From positions 14,515 to 78,514 of the IMG/VR virus record IMGVR_UViG_3300031463_000004: a stretch of DNA of 64,000 nt; one strand, 5' to 3'. The position numbers and the translations under genes are program-made. A model generated the notes under the pieces. That model was not told the origin of the DNA. It did no database searches and was given only the letters and a program-made list of their open reading frames with translations. Source of the stretch: a virus. Below are positions 17,119 through 27,900 of this stretch, one piece after another (positions within the stretch are counted from its first letter, which is position 1; each line of letters starts with the position of its first letter).

Positions 17119-18762
17119 TCAGTACCCAATCTTCCTCCCACTAACTTTGTGTGCCGCGTACGTAATGAGAAGCCTCTTGGCACGCATTTTCCACACATTC
17201 GGAGGAATGGGATTTCCTGTTTTAGAAACCTCATTCAAGCAATCCAGGAGGGTTGCATCTCCAGTCAATCCACGTCTTTTCGCTTCCGATTCTGGCAATT
17301 TGGTCTCTGCAAGCAACTTGCGGATACCAGCAGAGTCCAATTTGCTGAGTCGGTGCAGTATCTTACCGACCTGCTCTTCCTCCTCAGGACTGTACTCCGT
17401 TGGCTTTCGCCCGACATACCGTTTCCCGAGCTTTCGGCCCGGAGAAACGACCAAGTCCCCATTGGGGTTGAGGTTGAGAAGTACACTTCTGTTCTGGCCA
17501 AACAGGCCGACAATCTTATCAAGAGCATCCTGGAGCTGGACCCTCAATTTGGTCCGAAGGATACTCACATCCTTGAAACTTCCCTTCTTTACACTGGGGA
17601 TGCCAGCCTCCTCGCTGAGTTCCAGCCGATCCATCTTAGGGGGCCGTGATTTCTCATTCTGGACCTTTCTTTGATGAACTCCAGCCACCAGATGATCTTT
17701 CTCCGTTTTTTCGGCCAGTTCCTGGACCTTTGTTTTGGGTCTTCTACTCCTCTTGACTGGAGGAGCCGACGGTGCGGGAGGATTTTCGGATTTTTCTTCT
17801 GGCTCCGTTTGATCCTGCTCTTCTTCCACTGGCGCTACTTCCTGTTCTGCGAGCCCTTTCTGTATGGGTTCGGCGGCCCCGGCATCTGGCTCCAGAAACC
17901 CATGCTCTACAAGCCAGCGTTCGGTAACTTCGCTCACATCCGTGAGCTGGATGTCCTCTCCAGACGCCTCGTCAATTAGCTGCTGGAGCATCTTCTCCAG
18001 TTGGAGATCCATCATGAATGTACTCCCAGTAAGCTCCCCATTGTAGCCCAAATCTCTGGCTACCTGCTGCAGGTCAGCTTTCGTGAACTCTGACATCGTT
18101 TTTCCCTCCGCGGCCAGTCCGGCCAGATATACGAACTCATCCAGGTCAAGACCATCTCCAGCTAGAACAGAAATAACACACTTACGTAGCGTCGAATCCT
18201 GTAGAATAGCAGTCCTGATATCTGGGCATTGTGTGGAGAGCACCCGCAGGAACTCGTTCGCCTTATCCTGGTCATCTATCCTGGCCAAGATCCTATGTAC
18301 ATAGATGGCGAAGAACTTCCCGACATCATCAAGCATCTCCGGAGAGATGTGAACGATTTTCTCTTGTTTCTTCTGATTTTCGGAGTCCTGACACTCATGA
18401 GGACTCCAATACTTGTGTCTTCTGAAGAAATTGTTGAGATGGTTACGATAGAGGACCGTGAGGAACTTTTCAAACTCCACCCAAGGCATAGTGGAGTACC
18501 TAGGCTTTTCAAGCGCCTCTAGTGCCCTAACTAGAAGATCCTGTTCCAGGTCCTCCTTGATTTCTGCATACATCGGGAACTTCCTGATCACGGATGCAAC
18601 GACAAGGCTGGCCCTTCGCCGAAGGTAGTTGACGAGGATGGCCTGATTCTCCGCCACATCCCGCACCTTCAGCGAACTGATGGGTCCATTGTATCCGACT
18701 TCTACCGCTGTTAGACTGACCCTCTGTAGCATTTGACCCTCCGTTTCTATACCCAGGCTCAC
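17119..18762 (-). CDS. Sigma-70 region-2-like protein with a long acidic/basic C-terminal extension
   Basis: EDLEQDLLVRALEAL...FEKFLTVLYRNHLNNFFRR resembles ECF sigma region 2; no clear region 4. Confidence 0.6.
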   Translation of the reverse strand: MSLGIETEGQMLQRVSLTAVEVGYNGPISSLKVRDVAENQAILVNYLRRRASLVVASVIRKFPMYAEIKEDLEQDLLVRALEALEKPRYSTMPWVEFEKFLTVLYRNHLNNFFRRHKYWSPHECQDSENQKKQEKIVHISPEMLDDVGKFFAIYVHRILARIDDQDKANEFLRVLSTQCPDIRTAILQDSTLRKCVISVLAGDGLDLDEFVYLAGLAAEGKTMSEFTKADLQQVARDLGYNGELTGSTFMMDLQLEKMLQQLIDEASGEDIQLTDVSEVTERWLVEHGFLEPDAGAAEPIQKGLAEQEVAPVEEEQDQTEPEEKSENPPAPSAPPVKRSRRPKTKVQELAEKTEKDHLVAGVHQRKVQNEKSRPPKMDRLELSEEAGIPSVKKGSFKDVSILRTKLRVQLQDALDKIVGLFGQNRSVLLNLNPNGDLVVSPGRKLGKRYVGRKPTEYSPEEEEQVGKILHRLSKLDSAGIRKLLAETKLPESEAKRRGLTGDATLLDCLNEVSKTGNPIPPNVWKMRAKRLLITYAAHKVSGRKIGY

Positions 18763-18811
18763 TCCACGAGCCGGGATCTAACGATATGTATAAGGCTTTG
18801 GAACACAGAAG

Positions 18812-19693
18812 TCAAGTACTCCACCCTATATCCCCCAGAAACCGTTCGATATAGCCACGGATAGCGGACCCGTAAGAGCCAGGGTCATCTTCAAGCCCCT
18901 GGACAGACACGACATCTTTTCCTGCCCTACGCAGTCTGGATTCAAGTTCATCAGCCCCCTTCCGTCCCGCCGCGTCAGGATCCAAACACAGCACAAACCT
19001 ACGGAACCTCCGGATTAGGAAAGAAAATAACACATCTGATACACTAGTACCATGGAGAGCAATGGCAGGTGGACTCCCACATGCCATGGCATCAAAGGGA
19101 CCTTCGACGAGAACAACAAGAGAAGTGCCGGAGTTGATGCAGGCATCCAGCCCGATCCTTGCGATGGCTTCCTCCGGGTATCTGGACCTGTCCGGCATCA
19201 GAACCTTTGGCGCTCCCCGTCGCCCAAGGAAATCCCTAGCAATGAAGCTGTACACAACTCCACAGTATGTGACCGGGAATAGGATACGCCCGGCGTAGAC
19301 ACCTTTAGCACAGAAGTGTAAATCAAAACTTCTGGCATCGTCAGCGGTGAATCCCCTCTGTTTGAGATATTCAAGGGCTTCAGCTTGTAACGCGAATTCA
19401 GACGCGTCCTCTATGCCTTCAGATACCAAAGGAATTGCCTCTGGGGGGAGACCTAAATCATGCCTCTTCTGACGTATCTGTTGGTTCGTATCCCGTATCG
19501 GCAACGAGAATATATCTACATCCCCACGCTCACGAAGTGTGAGGTGGCAACGATGGCAGAACCCAGCACCGGAAGACGTGGAGATATATAACTTTTCTCG
19601 TCCGCATTGCGGGCAGACGAAAAGGAGTTCTCTCCCTCCAGATACCACCCGAAATCTCCCGTACTTCTGGGCAAGTGCTGTGAAATTGACCAT
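18812..19693 (-). CDS. DNA primase (Zn finger plus TOPRIM)
   Basis: CPQC..CHRC, YLKQRG, RILFP, VEGPFDA, LDPDAAG. Confidence 0.92.
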   Translation of the reverse strand: MVNFTALAQKYGRFRVVSGGRELLFVCPQCGREKLYISTSSGAGFCHRCHLTLRERGDVDIFSLPIRDTNQQIRQKRHDLGLPPEAIPLVSEGIEDASEFALQAEALEYLKQRGFTADDARSFDLHFCAKGVYAGRILFPVTYCGVVYSFIARDFLGRRGAPKVLMPDRSRYPEEAIARIGLDACINSGTSLVVLVEGPFDAMACGSPPAIALHGTSVSDVLFSFLIRRFRRFVLCLDPDAAGRKGADELESRLRRAGKDVVSVQGLEDDPGSYGSAIRGYIERFLGDIGWST

Positions 19694-20997
19694 CAGTACT
19701 CTACCAGGTTCTGCGTTTCTGGGTCTATCCTAAGTGTGATCTGCTTTCCAGCAACCCCATCCCGGTTCTTAGCCAGATAACAACGGGTAATCGTTGGGTC
19801 GTCCTCATCAATCGTGAGCGTAAGGATGATATCGCTGATGGCCGCCTTAGAGATACTTGCATCAATGTACTTCAGCGTAATCAGGGTTCTATCCATCCCC
19901 TCCCTATTGGTTTGGCTCGCCGTGCATACAGGGACTTCGCATTCTCTGGACCATGCAATAAGACTCTTGTATATCTGTTCAATGTCTAGATAGTTTCTTT
20001 CGGACTTATGTACCGGAGCCAGCTTGTCTGCATAGTCTACTAGAATCAAGCCCGGCTTCCTATGTGTTTTCAGGTATTCTGCATAAAATGCCTTTAAGTC
20101 ATCAACTGTTGCAACACCAGGACTAAACTGGGCAAAGTAAACTGTACTGTCTACGGACCCCCTCAATTCTTCGAGTCTCTGCTTGAGTTCGTCAACATGT
20201 TCCGTAACATAGTTTTTCCCCATCTGGAGAACTCTCATAGCGAGACGCATACACAGTTTCCACGACGCCATCTCTACGCTGAGAAACAGTGCGTCTTGGT
20301 GTTGTTGTGTTGCAGCGTGTGCTAGGCTCAGAAGAAATCTAGTCTTACCTCCACTTGTAGGAGCCACAACAACACACAACTCACCTGGCCCGAGTCCATC
20401 AATGTAGGCATCAAGTGTGGGGAACATGGTCCGTATCGCAGATTCCCTACGCTCCAGTATTTTATCACACCAAGAATTATCCAAGAAACTCATAATTTCT
20501 GTGTTGGACGAATCCGATACACCTACGGCCTCAGACACAAGTTCAGCGAATCTGCTGAGTTCACCAGCCTTGACAAGAGCATCTTTTTGTCGGAGTGCCA
20601 ATTCCAGACGTTGTGCCCGAACAAATGTTACTGCACGTTGCCTGTAATATACCAGATCGGTCTCTGGGAGGACAGGAACATTCTGGAGTGTCTCAAGAGC
20701 CATGGAAAGGATCTCAGTAGGATACTCCATGGAATCGTCTTCTGGCCTAAACGTGTCAACCAGCAGAGACTGGAGGGTATCAACAGTCGGAGACGCTCCA
20801 TACTGTCGGATGTAAGTAAGTATTGTCTCCACAATCTTTTCCACGATTGGATCTGGGAAGTAGTTCGGTCTGACAATACCAGCATTGAAACCTTGGTCCT
20901 GTAAGAGAAGACCAAGTACAATCAGCTGGTCTTGGGATTCTGGTGCTGTAATATCGTGAATGACAAGACCATGTGTATCATTCGTCGGCATCCCCAC
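19693..20997 (-). CDS. DnaB-like replicative helicase
   Basis: APTSGGKT, SVEM, LVDYAD, TASQTNR, AKNRDG. Confidence 0.93.
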   Translation of the reverse strand: MGMPTNDTHGLVIHDITAPESQDQLIVLGLLLQDQGFNAGIVRPNYFPDPIVEKIVETILTYIRQYGASPTVDTLQSLLVDTFRPEDDSMEYPTEILSMALETLQNVPVLPETDLVYYRQRAVTFVRAQRLELALRQKDALVKAGELSRFAELVSEAVGVSDSSNTEIMSFLDNSWCDKILERRESAIRTMFPTLDAYIDGLGPGELCVVVAPTSGGKTRFLLSLAHAATQQHQDALFLSVEMASWKLCMRLAMRVLQMGKNYVTEHVDELKQRLEELRGSVDSTVYFAQFSPGVATVDDLKAFYAEYLKTHRKPGLILVDYADKLAPVHKSERNYLDIEQIYKSLIAWSRECEVPVCTASQTNREGMDRTLITLKYIDASISKAAISDIILTLTIDEDDPTITRCYLAKNRDGVAGKQITLRIDPETQNLVEY

Positions 20998-21715
20998 ACC
21001 CCACGAACTTGACCTTCCGCATGTCCTCTCCGACTAGATATAGCCAAGTAGCACTGGCAAGTCTGCTCTCAATCCTTCCACCTAAGATAGACCCTAGAGT
21101 CTCTTTTGTATGATTCGTAGTGATGAGAATGTTCTCATGATAGTTCAGGAGTTGGCGGAAATAATCCCGGAATGTGTCGCTTGTTCTCTCAGAGCCGAGG
21201 TCATCGAACACAACTGGGACATTTCTATCTGGACCAATATCCAACCCATCAAACTCTGATGCATCCACGAAAACAGGATTGACCCCAACATAAGGCTTCA
21301 TGAGACCGCGTGTATCCTCTCCCTTACTGTGCATAACAGCCAATTCGTGGAATCCTGTTGCAGATACAATGATACACTTTCTGAGGCTGCGTCGGATGCG
21401 GTACCAAACCGATAGTGCAAGCCTACTTTTTCCACGACCTGGTAACGCAGATAAGATTATAATCCCACACGGGGATTCCGCCCAGGACATGATTGTAACA
21501 ATGGCTTCTTCGTTACCTGGCAGGATTCTGTACGTATCGAAAAGATAGGGTCTATCTCCCCGTACCCCAAATTGAGTCGCCCATACCCATGCCTCCGTCA
21601 CAAGTGGGCACACTTTTTTGATATCTGTGCCAACTAGAGTGTGGTACTCGCCATCACAGATGAGGCTCTTTGGGGACCCCTTAGGAAGATACGGACAATC
21701 CATACACAACTCCAA
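20978..21715 (-). CDS. DnaC/IstB-like AAA+ helicase loader
   Basis: N-terminal Cys motif, ALPGRGKS, FDDLGSE, ITTN, RIESRL. Confidence 0.88.
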   Translation of the reverse strand: MELCMDCPYLPKGSPKSLICDGEYHTLVGTDIKKVCPLVTEAWVWATQFGVRGDRPYLFDTYRILPGNEEAIVTIMSWAESPCGIIILSALPGRGKSRLALSVWYRIRRSLRKCIIVSATGFHELAVMHSKGEDTRGLMKPYVGVNPVFVDASEFDGLDIGPDRNVPVVFDDLGSERTSDTFRDYFRQLLNYHENILITTNHTKETLGSILGGRIESRLASATWLYLVGEDMRKVKFVGCGDADE

Positions 21716-21750
21716 TGTACTGACTCTAAGCCCATCAGAATATTACTTGG

Positions 21751-23436
21751 TCAATCTTCAGGGAACTTCAGTCCAGGGTACTTTGCCTTAGCAAGAGCTT
21801 TTAGTCTCTCATACTCTCCTGGTGGGAGTTGCTTACCTATAACATGAGTCTGTTCAACCATGGGGATCGCAAACGTACTATTCTTTGGACCTGGTGTCAG
21901 AAGACGTCGTTTATGCGCCTCCATGGCACTTTTGATTTTCGCATAATTGTCACAGAAGAACTGGGCAGACACAACTTTGTGTGCCCAGAAGTCGTCACAT
22001 GGGTACCAGTCCAACACTGAGAGTACTGTATCCAATGTGTCACCATAAGATTTTCGGGACTCCAAGAGCTCGTCGATTAGGAAAGTCCAATCACGTTGAT
22101 GTTTTTCACATTCTGTTGCTAATTCTGGGAGTATTGAGGTGATGCGCTCAACAAGGCGCTTTGTTACGGAGATAGCGTCTTCTGTTGGAGGTACTTGTCT
22201 GCGCAACAATGTTGGCACCATATCCAGGAACGCCTCCCATGGATGATACCTACGAATTAGTTTAAATTCGTCCATGGACAGGTAATCCATGAACATATCT
22301 CGTAACACGTCACCGGGTATCCCTCTCTGGATGAGAGATTTAACAGAACCAGCAATACGTCCCCTACGTTGGGGGAATGATGAGAATGCCCCCCATCTTT
22401 CCGTATGGGCTGTAATGATTGCATCTACTACGGATTTGATAGGACCACTGGAGCGATTCTTCTTGTACCCAGGTGGAGGTGGGAAATACGCGGGGGCTTT
22501 TGTTCTTTTCTTTCCCTCGCCAGTTGTTTTGGTCTCGCCGATTTGGTTCTGGATTGTGTCTGGGATGCGCACGCTTTTGCGTGCGCCGGCATGAGACTCG
22601 CTGTAGCGAGTCTCTATGACTCCGTTAGTGTGATCGAATACACTCTGTTTCTCTGTATCAGTATAACTACCAGTATGACTTAGATCTCCAGATCTAGATA
22701 TATTATTATTTATACTATTATCGCGCACGCGCGCGCACGCGCGCGAGAGAGACACACCTAACACACTGGAAACAAACGACTTTTTCAACGTTACGCAAAC
22801 TCTCTTCTCAGATTCCACACAACTACTTTCTGCCGCTTCCACAGCACTCATCTTGTTGTGTTGTTTATGTCCATGTTCTGTTGCAATCTGTTCTCTAACT
22901 CCAGTATTTGATGGGCTCCTATCCTGTGTTCTGGCTTCTCCTACAATGCAGTCCTGAGTATCTGGCGTCTCAGAACAACTGTTACAAATGACAGGAACAG
23001 CATTGTTTTTCATGGCACCACACCTCTTTTCTCGAACCGTGTTGCTTTGTTCCATATGGCTGTTCTTCATGCAGTACATATACCGTTTTGCTGTTTCTGC
23101 ATTGTATTCGTTAGTAGTTGGACGAACGTGTGCGGACCCGTGTCTTCTCTTCCTGTTACCATTCTGTGTGCTGTACGACACGGTTATCCAACCACCTGAG
23201 AAATCACACGTTAGTCCATCTATGCCATTTAAACCACGTAGGAGGCCAATAGCGAGGTTTTCTTTCACGGCAAGTATATCGGCCCAACCCCTGACTGTTC
23301 TCGATACGTAGGCCACTTCACCGTGGCCACGCGGGCGGTATTTTTGGATGGCCTCCTCCAATAGGTGGGCGGCACCATAACCTTCCGCTCCCCATCTGTT
23401 TAGTGCGACTGTCTTCGCTGTACTCAGTGTCGGCAT
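21751..23436 (-). CDS. Replication initiator (N-terminal wHTH, lambda-O-like C-terminus)
   Basis: WGAEGYG N-domain; central RACARVR linker; C-terminal WYPCDDFWAHKVVSAQFFCDNYAKI resembles the lambda O FW..ILSP..L...W..L motif; directly upstream of a DnaC-like gene. Confidence 0.6.
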   Translation of the reverse strand: MPTLSTAKTVALNRWGAEGYGAAHLLEEAIQKYRPRGHGEVAYVSRTVRGWADILAVKENLAIGLLRGLNGIDGLTCDFSGGWITVSYSTQNGNRKRRHGSAHVRPTTNEYNAETAKRYMYCMKNSHMEQSNTVREKRCGAMKNNAVPVICNSCSETPDTQDCIVGEARTQDRSPSNTGVREQIATEHGHKQHNKMSAVEAAESSCVESEKRVCVTLKKSFVSSVLGVSLSRACARVRDNSINNNISRSGDLSHTGSYTDTEKQSVFDHTNGVIETRYSESHAGARKSVRIPDTIQNQIGETKTTGEGKKRTKAPAYFPPPPGYKKNRSSGPIKSVVDAIITAHTERWGAFSSFPQRRGRIAGSVKSLIQRGIPGDVLRDMFMDYLSMDEFKLIRRYHPWEAFLDMVPTLLRRQVPPTEDAISVTKRLVERITSILPELATECEKHQRDWTFLIDELLESRKSYGDTLDTVLSVLDWYPCDDFWAHKVVSAQFFCDNYAKIKSAMEAHKRRLLTPGPKNSTFAIPMVEQTHVIGKQLPPGEYERLKALAKAKYPGLKFPED

Positions 23437-23444
23437 TCAGTACC

Positions 23445-24950
23445 TCACAATTCGCCAGAATCAATCCACGTCAGGTTGTATCCTTCCGATTCATACACCG
23501 AGATACGTTCTAGGGTGTGACTGGACATGTAGAGGTCTTGGGCATCAAAGAAATCGAAGACGTCAACGTGCCCTTTACCATCTGTGTTCCTCATCCCCCG
23601 CCCTAATCTCTGAATCGTTCCGCTATGGTCACGTCCACCACCTGCGAGTATAAGGGTTCTTACGGACGGCAAGTCAACTCCTTTTTCGAGAATACGTGTG
23701 GCAATGAGAACATTTGTGTCCCCACGTCTGAACTTTTCCAGTTCAGATTTTCTGGTTTCAGACATAACGTCTCCATGTAAATACACAACTGTTTTGTTCT
23801 CTCGAACTCTGGCGCGAATGAGTGTTTCTAATATCTTTCCATGATTGGATTTCGATTGGACGAGAATGAGTACTTTGTCTCTGGACTCTGCAATCTTTGT
23901 TATTGCAGTATTTCTTCTCATGTTTTCGTGGATATTTCTTTTTACAGAATCAGAATACTTACACACGATGGAGTTTGAATTGGGAGGTGGAGTCCACCCA
24001 TCGTATACAACAATGTGTATCCTCGGCTCGGCAAGAATGCCCTTGTTTACGAGTTCAATTGCAGGGATGTCTACAATGACTTCCCCGCATATTTCTATCA
24101 ATTTCAGTGTATTTGTGTCTCCTCTGTGGTACGGAGTCGCACTGAGACCGTACCGGTAGTGAGCTTTCCTAAATGCTTGGATGACTCCGTAGAAACCATC
24201 GGATGTAGCCAAATGACACTCATCCGCAAACACAACGGACACTTGAGAAAGCCACTCCGATATGGGGGAATTTCGGAGTGACCATATCTTGGTAAGGACC
24301 TGCCCTTTTGTGTCCCCCTTTTCACTTCGCTTTTCTTCTAGGGACTGTACGGTCGCAACACAGATGCGGCCAGAACCCACATCTGTAGCCCCACCACCAA
24401 AACACCACACATCCTCGTCGAGCAATCTGGACAGTTCTTCTCTGGCCTGGTAGAGCAAATCCAGGGAATCTACCAGAAAAACGGCCCTGTGTTCTTTGAG
24501 TACCTGGAGGATGATAGCGGCAACGGTAGTTTTCCCACCGCCTGTTGGCACCCGGATTGTCCCTCTGTGCTTCTGCAGCGCCGTCTTTGCGGCTTCCCAC
24601 TGGAATGCGTAGGGTCCAGTTTCGCTTATATCTCTACCAGACAATCCTGGTGGGTGTCTGGGCACAGGGTCAAATTGTGGAACCCCAGAAATCGTTACTT
24701 GGTACCCTAAGAGACCACATTCCGATACAACTCTATCCAACAGACCAGTCGGGAATACACCGTTTGTGTGTACCGGACGCCTGTAGCCATCCCACTCCCC
24801 AGAAATATATGCGCGAGAAAACTCCGCACCATCAACACGTGTACATATTGTGTTCCGCAGATGCGTGATGAGGTGTATTTGACCCCCGTCCTGTGCCCGA
24901 AGACAGGACGTTGATGCCCCGTACCTTATCTCGACACGGCGACAACCCAC
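23445..24950 (-). CDS. SF2 DNA helicase (UvsW/XPB-like)
   Basis: PTGGGKT, ATVQSL, DECH, SATP, GVDLP, QRLGRGMR. Confidence 0.92.
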   Translation of the reverse strand: MGCRRVEIRYGASTSCLRAQDGGQIHLITHLRNTICTRVDGAEFSRAYISGEWDGYRRPVHTNGVFPTGLLDRVVSECGLLGYQVTISGVPQFDPVPRHPPGLSGRDISETGPYAFQWEAAKTALQKHRGTIRVPTGGGKTTVAAIILQVLKEHRAVFLVDSLDLLYQAREELSRLLDEDVWCFGGGATDVGSGRICVATVQSLEEKRSEKGDTKGQVLTKIWSLRNSPISEWLSQVSVVFADECHLATSDGFYGVIQAFRKAHYRYGLSATPYHRGDTNTLKLIEICGEVIVDIPAIELVNKGILAEPRIHIVVYDGWTPPPNSNSIVCKYSDSVKRNIHENMRRNTAITKIAESRDKVLILVQSKSNHGKILETLIRARVRENKTVVYLHGDVMSETRKSELEKFRRGDTNVLIATRILEKGVDLPSVRTLILAGGGRDHSGTIQRLGRGMRNTDGKGHVDVFDFFDAQDLYMSSHTLERISVYESEGYNLTWIDSGEL

Positions 24951-24987
24951 GACAACTCCCCTGTGCTATAACACAGTGCTCGTGGTT

Positions 24988-27900
24988 CTAGGTCTGAGGT
25001 TGTGTAACAGTCACGTCAAATGGAATAGTTTTGGGCTGGCTTGGTTGTGCAAACACACCAACAAACCAGTTTCTGACTGGACCTGTCCCTGGAGCTATTG
25101 TTGCTGGGTGGAACTGAATCCGTTTCACGCCACCTCCAGCACTATCATCTTTCAAATCGTAATCATCTGGGGTATCAGGTAAGCTGTCTCGTCTCAAATA
25201 GATATATAGTGGGTCCCCGTTTACAGGTGTTACCTTAACGGTGACGAGATTGTTGCCACGGCTCTTGAACCAGAAATAGAACCATGTCCCAGCAGGAGAC
25301 GCATTCATTGCGAGGTACCGTGGGAGAGTTGTGTTTTTCTTTATGTAAACAAACGGTATCGGTTCTGATGTGAAATCCTGACCCACCAGATTCGCCCCAG
25401 ATACTGTTGGTGTCAGATACGGCGGAGACAACATCTGCCACTCAGATACCTGACTACTCGGGTCGTATTCTGGGTCGAGTACATAGTACCCGTCAGGAAC
25501 GTTCGGTATTGTATAATTCCCGTTGGTATCGGTTGTACCTACCGCAATTGGGGTGTCAGACCCATTGAACCTGTCGTACAATTCCACGTTTATACCGGAT
25601 ACACCAATAGGGTATGTAGGTCTCCCGGAGTAGTAGAAGATTATGTAAGCGGAATCAATCTGTGCGGTTACTGGAGTCCCTATCCCATCGACTCTAGAAG
25701 CAATAACTCCTATGCCATATTCCTTGGTACGAATGTCATCTGATGTCAAGGACCCTAGCCCAATCAGATCCGTTGGGCCTCCATAGGTGACCCATTCCCA
25801 ACCGGAAGCACTCCAAGTATGACCAGGGTATTGAACTGGGTCATGTATAACCCCATTTTTGATGTGTCTCAAATTGGTTGTTACACCACCTGGAACATCC
25901 GCAAGTACTCTCAGGTGCAGTTCTACACCAGTGATTTGGGTGCCTGGAGGTATGTCCGTTCCTACAGGCCACTTTAGTGCCAACAGATTAGACTTAGGAG
26001 CCGGACCTGTTAGAGTCACGCTGGCTCCAAGACCGTCAGTCACTGCGACGTTATACCGGTATGACCATGGGACATATCCATAGCTACTATTATTGTTATA
26101 GATAGTGAATTTATCAATACCATTGAATGTGATCGTTCCGGAAATTGTGTGGGATTGAGGTGGTTGGGTTGTCATATACTTGGTGTCGGTCTTTGTCACA
26201 ACAGCGCCAACGGAATCGTGCGCAGTCATCGTAACGGTAAATGTCCCAGACGTAGTGTATGTATGTGTGATCTGATACCCAGTTACTGTAGGAGATGTGT
26301 CTCCAAAGTCCCATGTGAATGTGTATGGAGGTGTACCACCAGACCCAGAAGCAGAGAATGTGACATCCACTGGTACAGTAGAACTGCTATGAATGTCTTC
26401 TGTGAACCATGCCTGTAATGGTGCTGTACCTCCGATATACTTTGTATCGGTCTTTGTGATTGATCCTCCAGCCGCATCCGTTGCTGTCATAGTAACCGTG
26501 AAAGCCCCACTTGCAGTATATGTATGAGAGGTTATAGACCCAGTTTGTGTCGGTGTAGTGTCCCCAAAATCCCACATGAAGTTGTATGGGGGAGTGCCTC
26601 CCTCTGCGTATCCTGAGACCGTCACGGTCACTGGGTATGTTGGGCTACTGTGGATGTCTTCATAGAACCATGCTGTCATCGTACCACTTGACCCAACTGT
26701 AAATGTCCACGTCGCTGGTGTGGATTCCTGTCCAGCATTATCCTTTGCTTTGACGTAGAACGTATATGTTCCGTACGGGAGGTTTGTGTACGTCTTCTGA
26801 GTGTCGTGGTTCCACGGGCCATAGTTCGACTCAGTTGGAAATAGATAGTAGGCATACAGAATATCTGCGTCTGGTGTTCTATCGTCGTGTCCGACCCATT
26901 TCAGGGTGGCGTCTCCTGTAGACCCCGGTGGTTGGCCACTTGCGGTCACTGTGATCACTGTCGGGGCAGAGAATACAATGGTGTTTGCAGTATCCGTAAC
27001 CTTCAACCTGCAATTGTATGTCCCAGGAGTTGTGTACACATGGGACGTATTTTGATTTGGGGAGTCTGGTGTTCCGTCCCCAAATGACCAGAGATAGGAA
27101 TATGGTGGGGTCCCTCCACTCACATAGCCGGACGCTCCTACGGTGAGAGGAGCTGGTCCCGTTGTTGGTAGAACAGAAGTATTCACGAGAAGACCGCCGC
27201 CACCACCAGACGATGTGACTGTTATGTTCAAGGTATTGGATTGCACGGAGAGAGGAGGCGAACTAGAGTCCGATACAGATAGCCGTACTTGAAACGTCCC
27301 GATTGCTGTGTATTGATGTACTGGGTTCTGGTCTGAACTGTGGTTTGTGTCTCCTAGATCCCAGTCGTACGTGTATGGTGGGTTCCCACCACTCACCGTG
27401 CTTGTGAAGTGAACAGTGAGTGGGGATGGACCAGTCGTAACGTCCGATTGAATCGTTGCGTAGAACTGACCAGCTTGAGATACCGTAATCTGATGGGTCT
27501 TTACACTGGTCATTGACGTATACACGTCTCGTACCTGAAGAGAGGCCGTGTATGTACCAGGAGATATATATACGTGCGAGCAGTTCGGTGACGTGTTCCC
27601 TTGCGACCCATCCCCGAATTGCCATAGGTATTCGTAATGCCCACTACCCGTAACGGATACTGTCTGAAAGTTTACGCCTAGTGGCGCAGGCCCAGTGTCA
27701 GGACTTACACTGATCTCAAAGTCGAGATTTCCCTGGTTTACAATTACAGTCGTGTATTCTGGGGTCGCTATGCTAACGTTGCCAACAGAATCAATCGCGG
27801 CCTCTCTAATCTCATAAGTTCCAGGATTTGTGTATATGTGGTAGCCAGTGACAGTACCATCAGTCACATACGTTACACTTGTCCCATCACCAAAATCTAT

